Positions 1-10,903 of a DNA stretch of 64,000 nucleotides are shown here, in pieces (position 1 is the stretch's first letter; every line of letters starts with the position of its first letter). The position numbers and the translations under genes were made by a program. The notes below the pieces were generated by a model. It saw nothing but the letters and a program-made list of their open reading frames with translations, was not told the origin of the DNA and searched no databases. The DNA comes from Pelagomonas calceolata (Eukaryota): NCBI GenBank assembly GCA_918797485.1, contig CAKKNE010000003.1, positions 1,674,001 to 1,738,000 of the forward strand, written 5' to 3'.

Positions 1-2982
1 GCAACGCTCGTGACCTACGACGAAGCCAGATCATCACAAAAGTACAGTGGACACCGCGCGCCGCACGGATTTCGAGTGCCCTTCCAGCGTCCGTAGCACG
101 GCGAGCTTGGACAGGTCCACGCCTTCGAAGAACGGCATGAACCGCAGTTTGCCGCGCGACGCCGTCGCGACCGCGCTCGCGTCCCAGATCGACTGCGTGA
201 CCTTGATTGGCTCGGCTCGGCGGCGCCGTCGCATCTGGTAGTCCTTGTGCGTGCCGCAGACGCCACACTCTTGAGTCTGCGCGCCGTTAGGTCGCTTGCA
301 GACGGAGCACGTCCAATTCGAGGGCGACCACTGCTTTACAGTCTCGGATAGATACGCGCTATGCCCCTCGTCGCTCTTTTTCGTCGCCTCCGGTGCATTC
401 AATTTGGCCGCAGTGGTCGCTGCAACCACGACGTCATCGGCAGCCGCCTCCGCCCGATTCTCGCGCTCCGCGGCCTCATCAAATTCTTCATCAGCGTCGA
501 GCTCTACGTGCCCTAGGAACTCGAGCCAGCCGCCCGGTACCGCTTCATTCACAACAGCAACCGCGAGCTGCGCGCGAGTCATCGCGCGATACAAACGCGA
601 CCGCGTCTCGAGCACGCCCGCGCCGCGATCGATGACTTGGTCCAGCCCCACACAAATAACGACGAGCCGTTCCAAACCGTCCATGTTGTCGACCGTATCG
701 ACGACGAGCCACTGCTTCGAGCTGTCGCGCGCTTCGGTTTCGACGCGCGGCCAGACCGCGCTCGCCATCGCCGCGTCGACGAGCTCGAAGCGCGCGAAGG
801 TCAGCGTGATGTCACTGCGCAGCGTCCAATTTTTATTTAGGTAGAAGCTCCAGCCCTTGTGCGACGCATAGGCTTTGCAGGACTTGTCGCCATGCGCCTT
901 GCCGACGCACCATGAACCCGATGAACGCTCGTAGAGGTAGAGCCCGTTCGCGGCGCAATAATACGCGGCGCCACCGATCCCACCCGTTTCGCGGTCGAGG
1001 ACATAGGTGCCGCAAGCGGCTGGAGGCTGGTCGGAAGTCGACGCGAGGGTGGCGCTCATCGGGGCGAAGGAGTCGAGAGCGCGGTCTAGCGGTCCGCGGA
1101 GCCGCTCGACAAACGCGTCGTCGGGTCCCACGACGGCGACACGGTCATCCAGATCGTCAAGGTCCGCGAGCTGGCGCCGTATGGCCGCAATTGCTTCGAC
1201 GACCTCACGCGCATAGATATCATCCGTATCATCCTCTACTGGAAAGATCCGTGCCACGAGCGGCGGCCCCGGCGATGCCGTGTACGTCGACATCTCGGCT
1301 TTTCGGCCGGCATCGAGCTGGAACGCGGCGGCGCCAGCGACGATGCGCTTCGTCGACCGTACCACCTCGGAGAGCGTCGCGACCGCAACAGCCTGATCCC
1401 GAGGCAAGTTTACTAGCGAGCGCGCAAGCTTCTCCGCGTCAGGCGTTGCCTCCGTCGCCTGCGAAGCGTCGCTGAGGAACACGAGGGTCGCCTCCGCTGC
1501 GTTCACTCCAGCGAGCTGCTCGCGCAGCTGCAAGTCTTCCGTGAGATGATGCGCCTCGTCCACCACGACGAGCGCATACTCGCATTTTTGCGCGGCGCCA
1601 AGCGAGAGTCGCCGCCGCGCACCCGCCGCTTCGACGCGCACGCGCCGCGGCCCGTTTTCGAACGGCGCCACCAGCACGTGAACGCGGTCGACGATCCGAT
1701 CGACCGACTCTTGCGATGCGTAGACGAGCCACTTGCAGACGAAGAACGCCAATGCGGTATTCCGCGCGACGAACAGAAGCATCGCCCTGGGATCAGAGCT
1801 GAGGACCTGTGCCATGCGCTGGATTGCAAAGAACGTCTTGCCCGCGCCCGCGTGGGCGAGCAGCACGGCAACGGGCTCGCGTCGGACGGTCTCGAGCTTC
1901 TCGCGCTGGTGCTCCGTGAGCTTGGTGAACCTCATCACGGTCTGCTCGTAGCTTTCGAGGAACGCCCCGCGATTGACGCTGATCCGCTCCCCGCCGGTCG
2001 TCTGCAGGGCTTTGTTGATGGCGTTCTCCAACGAGTCATCTTCCGTCTTGAGGACGACGCGGTCGCGCAGAGCGTCGAGCGACGCCTTGTCGTCCACGGC
2101 GACGCGCGCTCGGTGGACCTGGCGAGTGCCCCTCGCCTCAGCGAACATGTTCGCGATCTCACAGCCTGGCGGCAACTCCTTTTCCAGCGCTGCTATAAAT
2201 TCGAAGCCTTTGTCAACGCGGCAAATAAAGCTCAGCATTACGCTGAGGCCCTGAGTGAGGAGCCCTCTTGTTTCGTCGAGCTTTTGCTCTTGTTTCTCTT
2301 GACGTCTACTAATCATGTCTACATCGCTACCGATCTTTGCTTCAACGTCTCCAACTTTTTGCTCGATTCTGTCCACCGCGCCGTCAACCTTCTGCTCAAC
2401 GTTCGCTCCAATTTTTTTCACCGCGCCTTCAAGCTTATGGTCAACGTTTGCTCCAATTGTGTCCAGTGCGCCGTCAAGCCTTTGCCCAACCTTTTCAACA
2501 ACGCCGTCAACCACGCCGTCGAGCTTTTCCTCAACGTTCTGTATTTTTTTGTTCGTGTTGGCGGCGAGAGCCAGGTGTAGGCTATTCATGTGCCGATCAA
2601 TCGCGGTCAGCGCGTCGCTCCGCCCGTCGGCGTCGAGCCTGGCGCTCGCGGCGCTCTTAAGGACCGAGCATAAAGCTTCAAGCTCCGCAACCACGGACGG
2701 ATCCGCGACCATCGCCGAATTACTCGCCACGTCATCCAGCAGATATTCGAGAGAGTCGAGGCGTCGCTTGAACTCGGCCCGCGCTTCTTGGTTGAAGAGA
2801 ACCTCCTCCGCTTTTTTGCTTGCCTTTTCGACCGCCTTTTGCAGCACGATGTTGCGGAGCCCCTTCGCTGCGGATTTGCAGTGCGACACGATCGACTTAC
2901 CGGTCACTTCTTTTACGGCCTTGTTCGCAGCTTTCGCACCGGCGCATGCGGCGAGAGGTATGAGCGGTTCAAAGCCCGACAT
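1..2982 (-). CDS. Multidomain protein: N-terminal coiled coil, SF1/UvrD-like P-loop NTPase, RanBP2-type zinc finger and start of WD40 repeats; 3'-truncated by window edge; predicted intron 15-66
   Basis: Walker A AHAGAGKT, Walker B VVVDEAHH, C-terminal helicase-like motifs DGLER and LYRAMTRAQ, and zinc finger WTCSVCKRPN...CGVCGT. Removing the GT..AG intron 66->15 gives LRTLEGHSKSVTSVA, a canonical WD40 start. Confidence 0.7.
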
Positions 2983-3455
2983 CCCAGCGCTTATAGGTTT
3001 GATACCTCCATGTGCTCAGGATGGAGGGGCAGCCCAGCGGTGGCAGCCCGCCAGGTGGCAAGATGGAGGTCCTGCTGCGCACGCTCAGGACGACAAAAGT
3101 TGGCGCTCCCAGCTGTTTAGGCACGAGGCGTGCGCTTCCAAGCCACCGCTTCTGCCCGATCCCCCTACTGTGCCAAGACGAAAACACGCGCTGATGACGA
3201 GGTCTCTACGTCCTTTCACTGCGTATAATATAGCTATACAACACGAAAGAGATCCCTGTTTTCTCGCGGGTTTTCCGCATTTCATATGCTTTTTTTAATT
3301 TTTGCGGACGGAGAGCTATATCGGCGCCGCTGCCTCGCAAGAGAGCTCACGTGTTCGAGCTGACAGCGTGCGGCTGCAGTGCAGGACGGCCAGCGCAAAC
3401 ACAGTCTGCTGCAGGCTGTGAGAACAGCTGTAGCTTGCAAAAACGCAGCGCCACT

Positions 3456-4079
3456 ATGCCCATCGACTACAGCCGCTTCGACAACATCGACGTCTCCGAC
3501 GACGAGGACGAGCAGGCCTACAAGGCCCGGAAGGAGGCCGAGGAGGCCGGCCGCCGCGCGTCCAAGGCCCAGGCCAAGGAGTGCGTCGAGGCCTGGTGGC
3601 AGGCCTGCCCGAAGCAGAGCCAGTTCTCCGTCGAGTGCGCGGCGCGGCTCACGCGGGCTGGGACGACCTCGCTCTACAACACCCTCACCGGGCCTCTAAA
3701 AGGCCTCGGGCTGGGCTTCGAGCGCCCCCTGACCAAGGACGACTCGCTGGAGACCGTCCAAGGTCTGCTGAAATACGTCGCGCTCGAGCGCGTCGGCCTG
3801 CCGGGCCTCACGGGCGTGCCCGAGGGCTGGGACGTCTTCGGGCGGCCGCCGGCGTCGCGCATCGAGCTGGACGACGACGAGGGCCAGACCTTCTCCATCG
3901 AGGCCTGGGACGGGTCCAAGCTCAAGGCGACGGTGCGGAAGGCGCGCGTCGTGGCGCTCGAGGGCCACGATGCCAACTACCGCGTGGCCCCAGGCATGCC
4001 AGCGCCGGCGGAGACGTACTTCCTCGTCCGCTGCGGGCTGCGGGCGACGCTGCGGCTGAACTGCGTGCTCGTCGTGTGA
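3456..4079 (+). CDS. Hypothetical protein with Cdc37-like N-terminal motif
   Basis: Starts MPIDYSRFDNIDVSDDED, resembling the Cdc37 N-terminal motif; GC3-rich codons. The rest of the protein is not recognised. Confidence 0.55.
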   Translation: MPIDYSRFDNIDVSDDEDEQAYKARKEAEEAGRRASKAQAKECVEAWWQACPKQSQFSVECAARLTRAGTTSLYNTLTGPLKGLGLGFERPLTKDDSLETVQGLLKYVALERVGLPGLTGVPEGWDVFGRPPASRIELDDDEGQTFSIEAWDGSKLKATVRKARVVALEGHDANYRVAPGMPAPAETYFLVRCGLRATLRLNCVLVV

Positions 4080-4153
4080 GGGTTGTCTGGCAACCGGTTC
4101 GGCGATGGCGTCGACGAGAGCGGCGCCCCGGCCCTAGTAATTTGTTGTTTATG

Positions 4154-5914
4154 CTATGCACGGCCCTTCTTCGAGAAGAAGCCGTGCAGCCCCGTCGCGC
4201 GCGCGAACTTCTTCCGCACGGGCCGCATGAGCCCCGCGCGGTGGGGCTTCGCGACCTGCATGGACTCCTCATCCAAGTCCACGACGGCGTAGACGCGCTG
4301 CGTGCCGCCGCCGCTCCGCCTTTGTAAAGCGTCGACGAGGTGGCGCCACTCGAGCCCTCGTTCCCGCTTGATGTAGTCGAGCGCCATCGCCCGGAGATCC
4401 CTTAAACATTCCGCGTCGCCCTCGGCCAGGCCCAGATGCCGCGCATCAATAACCGCGTCCAGGCGGTGGTACCGCTCCTGGAGATGTTGTGACGACGGCC
4501 ACGTGTCCCGCAGTTGCCTCCTCACTAAATCGTGCGTCGCGTCCGTGTCCGTCAGTAAATCAATAATGCCGCTCACGAAGTCACGCGCGGCCGCGAGGTT
4601 CGCGAACGCCGACAGCAACCCCAGCACCTCCGCGCCCGACGACGACGTCGCCCGCGCCGGCGCTGAGCCCGTGCCCAGAGAGACGACCAAGTCGAGCTGC
4701 GCGTCCTCCTTGCCCACGGCCTTGGCCCGGTTCTTCCGGCGCCGCAACGACGCGGCCTCCGCCAAAGCGAATTGCGTCGGGTTGTTCGCCACGAGCGCGC
4801 CGTCCAACAACCGTCGCGGCGCGCCGTCGACGTCGACGCGCCGCATGGGGAAGTAGGGGGGCGCTGCTGCCGAACTTAGTAAAGCATCCACAATTCGCAC
4901 CTCGTGGGCTCGCGCGTCGACGAGGTAGTCGTCCGTGACCTCCGGAGGTGCGAAGGACCGGAAGACGAAGGGCCTTAATCTTGCGGTCGACGCGTCCGTC
5001 GCCACGGCCAAGGCCCTGCGAGAGCGCTTCCGGCCGTGGAGTGTGCTGTCCGCGCCAAACACCGCCTCGAGCACGGCCTGTAGTCGTCTCTGGCGCTGCT
5101 GGGCGTTCAAGTTCTTCGACCCGAAGATCAGTCTTACTAAATCATCATACAATCTCTGCAAGACGGCCACGGGCAGCTCCGCGATCGCGAGACCGAAGGC
5201 CACGATGGCACCCGTGGACGTGCCCGCAAACAGGTCGAACTGATCTCTAATAGAGGTCCGCGTCTCCCGCTCGCACTCCGCCAGCACGGCGAGCGGCACG
5301 ACGCCGCGCGCGCCGCCGCCGTCCACACATAAAACGCGTTCGCCTGACGTCCTCTCTTTGATCGGGTGCTCGACGCCGCGGTAGCCGCCGGACGGTTGCG
5401 GTAACTCTTCTAGCTCGGCGTCGGACTCCGCGCGCACGTCGAAGGCGCAGGAGCCGCTCAATCTATTGGAGGCCACGTAGACGTGCACCGTCGAGCCCGC
5501 CTTGAGGGAGACGTCGTCCAAAACCAATTCCTCATCACTCGAATCGAGGCGCAGCTTCCGGATAGATGCGATGGATGGGGAGCCGTCGCGCTTAAACGCC
5601 AAGGCTCTATTTTCATCCAGCGCGAATGCCAACACATAACAGTGGTCGCGCGGGCCGCCGAGCCAGCCGCCCTTCACGACGTCGCCGCGTCGTTTGATGC
5701 TGATGCGCGCGCGCGTCGGCCGCTTCGCCGCGAGGCAGTAGCCTTTACCTCGACCTTCTCGCAGCGCGTCGCTGGTCGTCCAGGCGTGGGCGTAGGCGCT
5801 CGTCGCGGGCACGACTTCCTGAGACGTGACGACCGGCGCAACGACTGGAGCACCATCGCTCGCGCGACCGGCGGCTTTTACGAGCAGCCCTAACAGCAGC
5901 CAGGTGCTGGGCAT
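4154..5914 (-). CDS. Patatin-like phospholipase (iPLA2-like) with N-terminal signal peptide
   Basis: DGGGARG, GTSTG nucleophile elbow, SSAAAPPYF and DGALVANNP motifs; hydrophobic N-terminus MPSTWLLLGLLV. Start approximate. Confidence 0.85.
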   Translation of the reverse strand: MPSTWLLLGLLVKAAGRASDGAPVVAPVVTSQEVVPATSAYAHAWTTSDALREGRGKGYCLAAKRPTRARISIKRRGDVVKGGWLGGPRDHCYVLAFALDENRALAFKRDGSPSIASIRKLRLDSSDEELVLDDVSLKAGSTVHVYVASNRLSGSCAFDVRAESDAELEELPQPSGGYRGVEHPIKERTSGERVLCVDGGGARGVVPLAVLAECERETRTSIRDQFDLFAGTSTGAIVAFGLAIAELPVAVLQRLYDDLVRLIFGSKNLNAQQRQRRLQAVLEAVFGADSTLHGRKRSRRALAVATDASTARLRPFVFRSFAPPEVTDDYLVDARAHEVRIVDALLSSAAAPPYFPMRRVDVDGAPRRLLDGALVANNPTQFALAEAASLRRRKNRAKAVGKEDAQLDLVVSLGTGSAPARATSSSGAEVLGLLSAFANLAAARDFVSGIIDLLTDTDATHDLVRRQLRDTWPSSQHLQERYHRLDAVIDARHLGLAEGDAECLRDLRAMALDYIKRERGLEWRHLVDALQRRSGGGTQRVYAVVDLDEESMQVAKPHRAGLMRPVRKKFARATGLHGFFSKKGRA

Positions 5915-6050
5915 TGCTGGGATTGGCAGCACGAATGCTGTTAGGCGGGAGGCGCAGCCCCAGTACGATTTCTGGTAAATTTAGCGGTTGTGTCCAACAC
6001 CTTGGCAGCGCTTTTGGCGTTTTTGCCAGAGCCAGTGTTTTTGCTTTTTG

Positions 6051-6072
6051 CTAGTGTCTAACAGGCCGGTAG
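6051..6072 (-). promoter_or_regulatory. Upstream CTAG-bounded motif, copy 1
   Basis: + strand ctagtgtctaacaggccggtag, ~140 bp upstream of the minus-strand patatin gene. Confidence 0.5.
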
Positions 6073-6626
6073 CTAAGGCCAAGTCGCTCGGAGGGCTGAC
6101 GATGGGAGAGGGCTCCGACTGCCCCCTCCCCACCCAAGGGCGACGCGTGCACGGCAGCCGACCTGGACAAAATCGACGTCCGAAGCGTTGGTGAAGCGGC
6201 GTCGTCTAGATGATCCCCCGGCCCCTCCCTCGACTGGTAAAGCACTCAGTTTCCTGATATATGGCACACCCGCCGCGATGAAGAAGCAAATTATATAGAG
6301 GGTTCTTACTGGACATCCGCACACAACTACAGACGCCCGCGCCGCACTAACCTACGCCCCGTCGTCGTCCGACGACTCGTCGGGCACGATGCCGGCCTAG
6401 TAGGGGTCGGGGTAGACTAAACAGCTGGTTTATTTTTACATCTTCGCCTACTCGCGTCATCGTGCGCTTCAGCACGGGCTCATTCACGTCGCGGCCTTTC
6501 AAGGAGGTGCGGATCCAGTCCGCGGACACGCTCCAGCGCGTCGACGGCGAGAGGAGTCGCTTCTGGGAAGCCTGTCGTGGATTTATGGAACCAAAGTTAC
6601 TATAAACGCCCCCACCACTACTACGC

Positions 6627-7409
6627 TCAGTACTTGTCCTTGAACCGCTTCTTCCGCTCCTCGAGGATGCTCAGCTTGACGCCCTTGCCCTTCGGCAGCG
6701 ACACCTGGAGGTCGTCATCCTTGCCGACGATGAAGATGTTCGAGAGCCGCGTCGCGAACTGGTGGTTCGACGCGTCCCGGACCGCGACGATGTCGAAGCT
6801 ACCCGGGTGCTTCTCGACGCTCACGATCGTACCCACTCTCCCGGTATTGCGGCCCTTCGTGATCATGCACGTCATGCCCACGTCGAACTTGATCGAGTCG
6901 ACGATCTTGCCCGACTCCAGGTCGACCTTGACCACGTCGTGGACCTTGACCGCCGGCGGCGGGTAGCGGATCGTGCGGCCGTCGTGCGTCGTGAGCACCG
7001 GGATCTTTTTGGCGGTGATGTACACAGCTTGCACGCGGCACAGCTTGTACGCCTTCTCCGTGTCCGAGATCCTATGTAAGCGGAAGCGGCCCTTCGTGTC
7101 GTAGAGCAACCGGAACTTGTCCGACGACGCCTCCATCTCGACGACGTCCATGAACCCCGCCGGGAAGCACGGGTCCGTGCGGATCTTCCCGTCGACCTTC
7201 ACATGTTTCGACATGCAGATCTGCTTCGCCTCCATGCCCGTGATGGCGTACTTCAGGCGGTTCCTCAAGATTAAAATGAGGGGCAGGCACTCGCGGAGCT
7301 TGTGCGGGCCCGTCGACGGCCGCGGCGCGAAGGCGCCGTCCATCTTGCCGAGCATCCAGTGCTTCGGCGCGTTCACGCGCTTGAGGTGGTGCTTGGGACC
7401 GCGCGCCAT
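6627..7409 (-). CDS. RPS4: 40S ribosomal protein S4 (eS4)
   Basis: [20 protein letters not shown]...[14 protein letters not shown]; 260 aa, intronless. Confidence 0.98.
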   Translation of the reverse strand: MARGPKHHLKRVNAPKHWMLGKMDGAFAPRPSTGPHKLRECLPLILILRNRLKYAITGMEAKQICMSKHVKVDGKIRTDPCFPAGFMDVVEMEASSDKFRLLYDTKGRFRLHRISDTEKAYKLCRVQAVYITAKKIPVLTTHDGRTIRYPPPAVKVHDVVKVDLESGKIVDSIKFDVGMTCMITKGRNTGRVGTIVSVEKHPGSFDIVAVRDASNHQFATRLSNIFIVGKDDDLQVSLPKGKGVKLSILEERKKRFKDKY

Positions 7410-7816
7410 GGTTGCGGTGTTAGCGCGGTGGCTGTCTCTAACTCAAACTAGGCAGTCGGCGACCGTGGGTCTTGCTACGTCGCTAGTGAGCGGCGAGCGT
7501 GCGTCTTCGAGCTGGCTGGCGGCTCTAAGACGTCTAAAAGCAGCTGTGCGACGTCTGGCGACGTGACAAGCTGCGGCGGCGTAGGGAGCGATTATAGCTC
7601 ACAATCGCTGGCTTACTTTTTGGCTAGCAGCAGAGGCGACGAGCCCCACTCCCGCTCACGCTTCTCACGGACACGCATAGCATTGCTGGGGTTGCAAAAT
7701 GAGGGCTGGCGACGTTCGTGAGGTCGCGTTTCCCCGCCCCACCGGCCGCGACGCGGGCTGCTCTCGGAGCTACGCCATCGACGCGACCCGTCACTGCGCC
7801 GGGCCCGACGTGAAAG

Positions 7817-7928
7817 ACACTCGGGGCGACGACGTCTGAGGGCCGGGGGCGGGGCGGGCGTGCGGAGAGGCAGACCCCGCGTCGGGTCCGCGGGCCACGG
7901 CTAGGCGGCCTAGCTCTAAGCAAAGCAA
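7817..7928. repeat. Dispersed ~110-130 bp repeat, copy A
   Basis: Shares ACACTCGGGGCGAC, GGCCGGGGGCGGGG and GGCTAGGCGGCCTAGCTCTAAGCAAAGCAA with 24767-24895 and, inverted, with 35261-35371. Confidence 0.75.
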
Positions 7929-7942
7929 AAGACAAAACACGC

Positions 7943-8641
7943 CTACTTAGGCACCCTCAACACCGTCCGGAACGCCGTCTGGAACACCGTGTCCACCGAG
8001 CCGGCGATGGGCGCGTGCTCGACGAGCTCGAGCTCGGAGTCGCGGAAGATGCGCTCCGCCTCCTCGCACGACGTGAGCTTCCCGAAATCGACCGTCGTCA
8101 CGTACCTCAGCAAAGGTTTGACCACAGTCATAATCGGCGCGGCCCGCTTCTGGTACGTCTGCGTCACGTAGATGCGCCCGCCCGGCCGGACGACGGCGGC
8201 CACGGCCTGCAAGGCCTCGACGGGGTCGGGCATGAGCGTCAATGACCCCGAGAAGTAGGCCGCGTCGAAGCCGCCCTTGGGCCGCAGCGCGGCCAGGACC
8301 TGCCCGTCGTAGACCGACGCGCAGACCACGCTCACGCGACCCTTCAGCTTCGCATCTCCAGCAATGCGTCGCTCCGCGGCTTTGATATATCTTGCGTCGT
8401 AGTCGACCCCGGCGACCCGCAGGTCCTTGGTCTCGACGAGCGATTTGTTGTTCCGTAGTGCTGTCGCGGTGCCGATGCCGACGTCCAGGAGAGTGCTGCT
8501 CCGGTCCAAATCCTTCAACACACTCGCGTACCACCTCGTCGTCATTTTCACAATTAATACATCGTAGACGGCGGCTGATGCCCACCGAATCGCGCAGATC
8601 ACGCCGACGGCGGCGCCTATTAACCAGCCGGTCTCTGGCAT
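7943..8641 (-). CDS. Class I SAM-dependent methyltransferase with N-terminal membrane anchor
   Basis: LLDVGIGT motif I, GVDYD, FDAAYFSGSL, VRPGGRIYV. Confidence 0.85.
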   Translation of the reverse strand: MPETGWLIGAAVGVICAIRWASAAVYDVLIVKMTTRWYASVLKDLDRSSTLLDVGIGTATALRNNKSLVETKDLRVAGVDYDARYIKAAERRIAGDAKLKGRVSVVCASVYDGQVLAALRPKGGFDAAYFSGSLTLMPDPVEALQAVAAVVRPGGRIYVTQTYQKRAAPIMTVVKPLLRYVTTVDFGKLTSCEEAERIFRDSELELVEHAPIAGSVDTVFQTAFRTVLRVPK

Positions 8642-9095
8642 TATGCGCGTCGGCGGCGGCGTCGCGTGAGTCTTGTGTAAACGCAGCTGTTTCGCGTCGG
8701 CGGCGTCGCGTGAGTTGTTTTAACGAGTTGTTCGCTCGGTGGCGCCGCGTCTGTCCGGTTCCACGAGCGCTGCAGCTCTGAATCTTGGCTACTGCTGCAG
8801 AGAGTGATTGGATTCGACTCGCGCCGCGTCGACGGCGTCGCACAGCCTCGCAGACGCGTGGTATTACACCGCCTTTGCAATAGCTATGACGCTCGAGCAG
8901 TAAGCTTATTTTTATCTTTGCCAGGCCTCCCCAGTCCAAAAAACCAGCCCGAGCGAGCGGCGCTATAGCAGTTCTGCGCAGCCAGACGCTGCCTAAAGAC
9001 TCCCGATAATTGCGTGGAACCGTCTGCTTCACGTCGTCAGGCGCGCGAGCCCTGCACTCCCTGCAAAAGAAAAGTGGGTACAGCTCAAGCAAGCA

Positions 9096-10028
9096 ATGCA
9101 ATACCTCCAGCGCAGCCGCCCGCACGAGTACGCCGGCGTGCGCGGCCCCCGGCCGCGGCCGCCCTGGCGCGAGCTGCAGCGACGGGACCCGATCCAGTTC
9201 TTCCGGCTCCAGGCGAGCCGGGCCTTCGCCATTTCACACAGCGCCCGGGACGTGGGCCGCACCGTGCGGTCGTCGAAGCGCAAGTTTGATTGGAGGTTTA
9301 GCTTGGGGCCCCGCGGGTCAGAAAAAGTCGTGGAGCTGTACATTTCGGTCGTGAGCGGCAAGCGGTTGCTCATGTATGATGGTGTTGAAATCCTGAACAT
9401 CACGTCCTCAAAGGACAAGCTCCACCACGAGTGGCGTATTGACGGCGCCCACACGTGTAAGCTGGCGGCGGTCTACGACAGCTTCGAGCTGTCGATTGAT
9501 ACGGTCCCGTTCCACCAGCTGCCGCAGCGCCAGACGTGCACCGCGGCCGAGGCCGACCGGCTGGACGCTCGTAGTAGCGAGACGGCGCAGCGCATGGCCG
9601 CCGCCGCGACCACCCCGCCGCCACCAACGGAAGAGGACCTCGAGCAGCTCGCGAAATGCGTTATGTACGCCGACGCGCGGTGCACACGCGAAAACGCCCT
9701 CAAGTTCCTCGCGAAACGCAATTTCGACCCCGAGCAGGCGGCGCAAGCCTACACGGCGATGCGCGACGCCACGCCGGACCAGTTGGGGGAGGACGCCTTC
9801 GTCGAGGAGGGCGACCGGAGCGACTCGCCGATCAAGCAGATCTCGGCGCCGCCACCTATCCCGCCGCGGTCGCCGGAGCTGCAACCGCGGCCCCTCGTCG
9901 CGCGCGGCGGCACCGTGACGCTCGCCGACGGGACCGTCATCCACTCGTCGATGGCGCCCGCGCTGCCGCCTCGTTCTACCTTGCCGCCCGTGCCGTCGGC
10001 GTCGGGCGACCTGCTGGGTTTTTCGTGA
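9096..10028 (+). CDS. FAIM-like beta-domain protein with UBA/CRAL-N-like helical domain and Pro-rich tail
   Basis: W.F.L...VEL..SVVSGKRLLMYDG resembles the FAIM1 domain; ENALKFLAKRNFDPEQA is UBA/CRAL-TRIO-N-like; ends GDLLGFS. Confidence 0.55.
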   Translation: MQYLQRSRPHEYAGVRGPRPRPPWRELQRRDPIQFFRLQASRAFAISHSARDVGRTVRSSKRKFDWRFSLGPRGSEKVVELYISVVSGKRLLMYDGVEILNITSSKDKLHHEWRIDGAHTCKLAAVYDSFELSIDTVPFHQLPQRQTCTAAEADRLDARSSETAQRMAAAATTPPPPTEEDLEQLAKCVMYADARCTRENALKFLAKRNFDPEQAAQAYTAMRDATPDQLGEDAFVEEGDRSDSPIKQISAPPPIPPRSPELQPRPLVARGGTVTLADGTVIHSSMAPALPPRSTLPPVPSASGDLLGFS

Positions 10029-10125
10029 TCTCAGTGGTGTTTATAATTTTGCTATTATGTCCTCCATGTTCATTGTCAGGCTTACAGAGGTTTACGTTCG
10101 TGCGAGGCGGGGAGCGGGGGAGCGA

Positions 10126-10653
10126 CTAGTCCGCCGCGGCGACTTCCGGCTCCTCCTCGGGTTTGCCGCCTTCGACGCCCGAGCCGGCGACGGTCGACAG
10201 CCCCATGAGCGCGTTCAGCTTCGCAATCGACTCTTCGGACGCCATCGCCGTTTCGAGTCGCGGCGGAGCCTTGAGCGCCGGCTCCTCGTCGTCGTCCTCG
10301 TCGCCCTCGTCGCCGTCCACGATCTTCGACGGCGCCTTGAGGACTTTGCGCGTGGGTTTGGGCTTCGACAGCGACTCGTCGTCCATGAACATTTCCAACT
10401 CGTCGCCGTAGTTGTTGCTGCGCGGCGCCGGCGCGGCCGACGGCGAGTCGTTAAAAAATACTGGTCTCTCTTCCACAATCTTTTCCTCGCCCAGCAGGCC
10501 GAAGGTCACTTTGTGAAGTATCCTTGCCGTGCGGCTCGGCTGGACGGCGCCCAGGGCAATGCTCCTCCTCGGCTGGATATTGCTCGGGCCCACGCGGGCT
10601 GGTTGGAAAGCGGCGACGGCAGTGGCGGCTACGAATGCTTTCAGGGGTGCCAT
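10126..10653 (-). CDS. Hypothetical protein, probably plastid-targeted
   Basis: MAPLKAFVAATAVAAF-QP: signal peptide plus ASAF-like cleavage motif; acidic C-terminus. Confidence 0.55.
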   Translation of the reverse strand: MAPLKAFVAATAVAAFQPARVGPSNIQPRRSIALGAVQPSRTARILHKVTFGLLGEEKIVEERPVFFNDSPSAAPAPRSNNYGDELEMFMDDESLSKPKPTRKVLKAPSKIVDGDEGDEDDDEEPALKAPPRLETAMASEESIAKLNALMGLSTVAGSGVEGGKPEEEPEVAAAD

Positions 10654-10903
10654 GGCTGCTACTGCGGCGTTGTCGTAGCAACGAGGTGGTGTGAATAGCC
10701 GCACCGAGGCGAGCTACTACAACATAGCCAAATCAGCTTCAGCAGGCTATGGCCTCCGCGTGGCATCACGGGGCAGCACAGCAATGATCGGTCCGGGTCC
10801 AGGTGGCGGTAGGCGTAGCGCTGAGCGGCTTTTTATCGCGAAAACGGAGATACGCGGACAAAACGCGGGGACGCCTGAGGCAAGGACTACCGAAACAAGA
10901 GTA

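Noticed and set aside
4077..4292. TGA followed by an in-frame continuation (ORF 4083-4292) as possible selenocysteine
   Set aside because: The extension would run through an AT-rich spacer and antisense over the patatin CDS, and no SECIS was seen. A simple stop is more parsimonious.
6100..6600. Possible snoRNA or tRNA downstream of RPS4
   Set aside because: No convincing C/D boxes, H/ACA or cloverleaf could be identified by eye.
8646..8715. Short direct repeat CGCGTCGGCGGC..GTCGCGTGAGT (similar local duplication at ~32016-32057)
   Set aside because: Two-copy low-complexity local duplications in 5' regions, with no further support.
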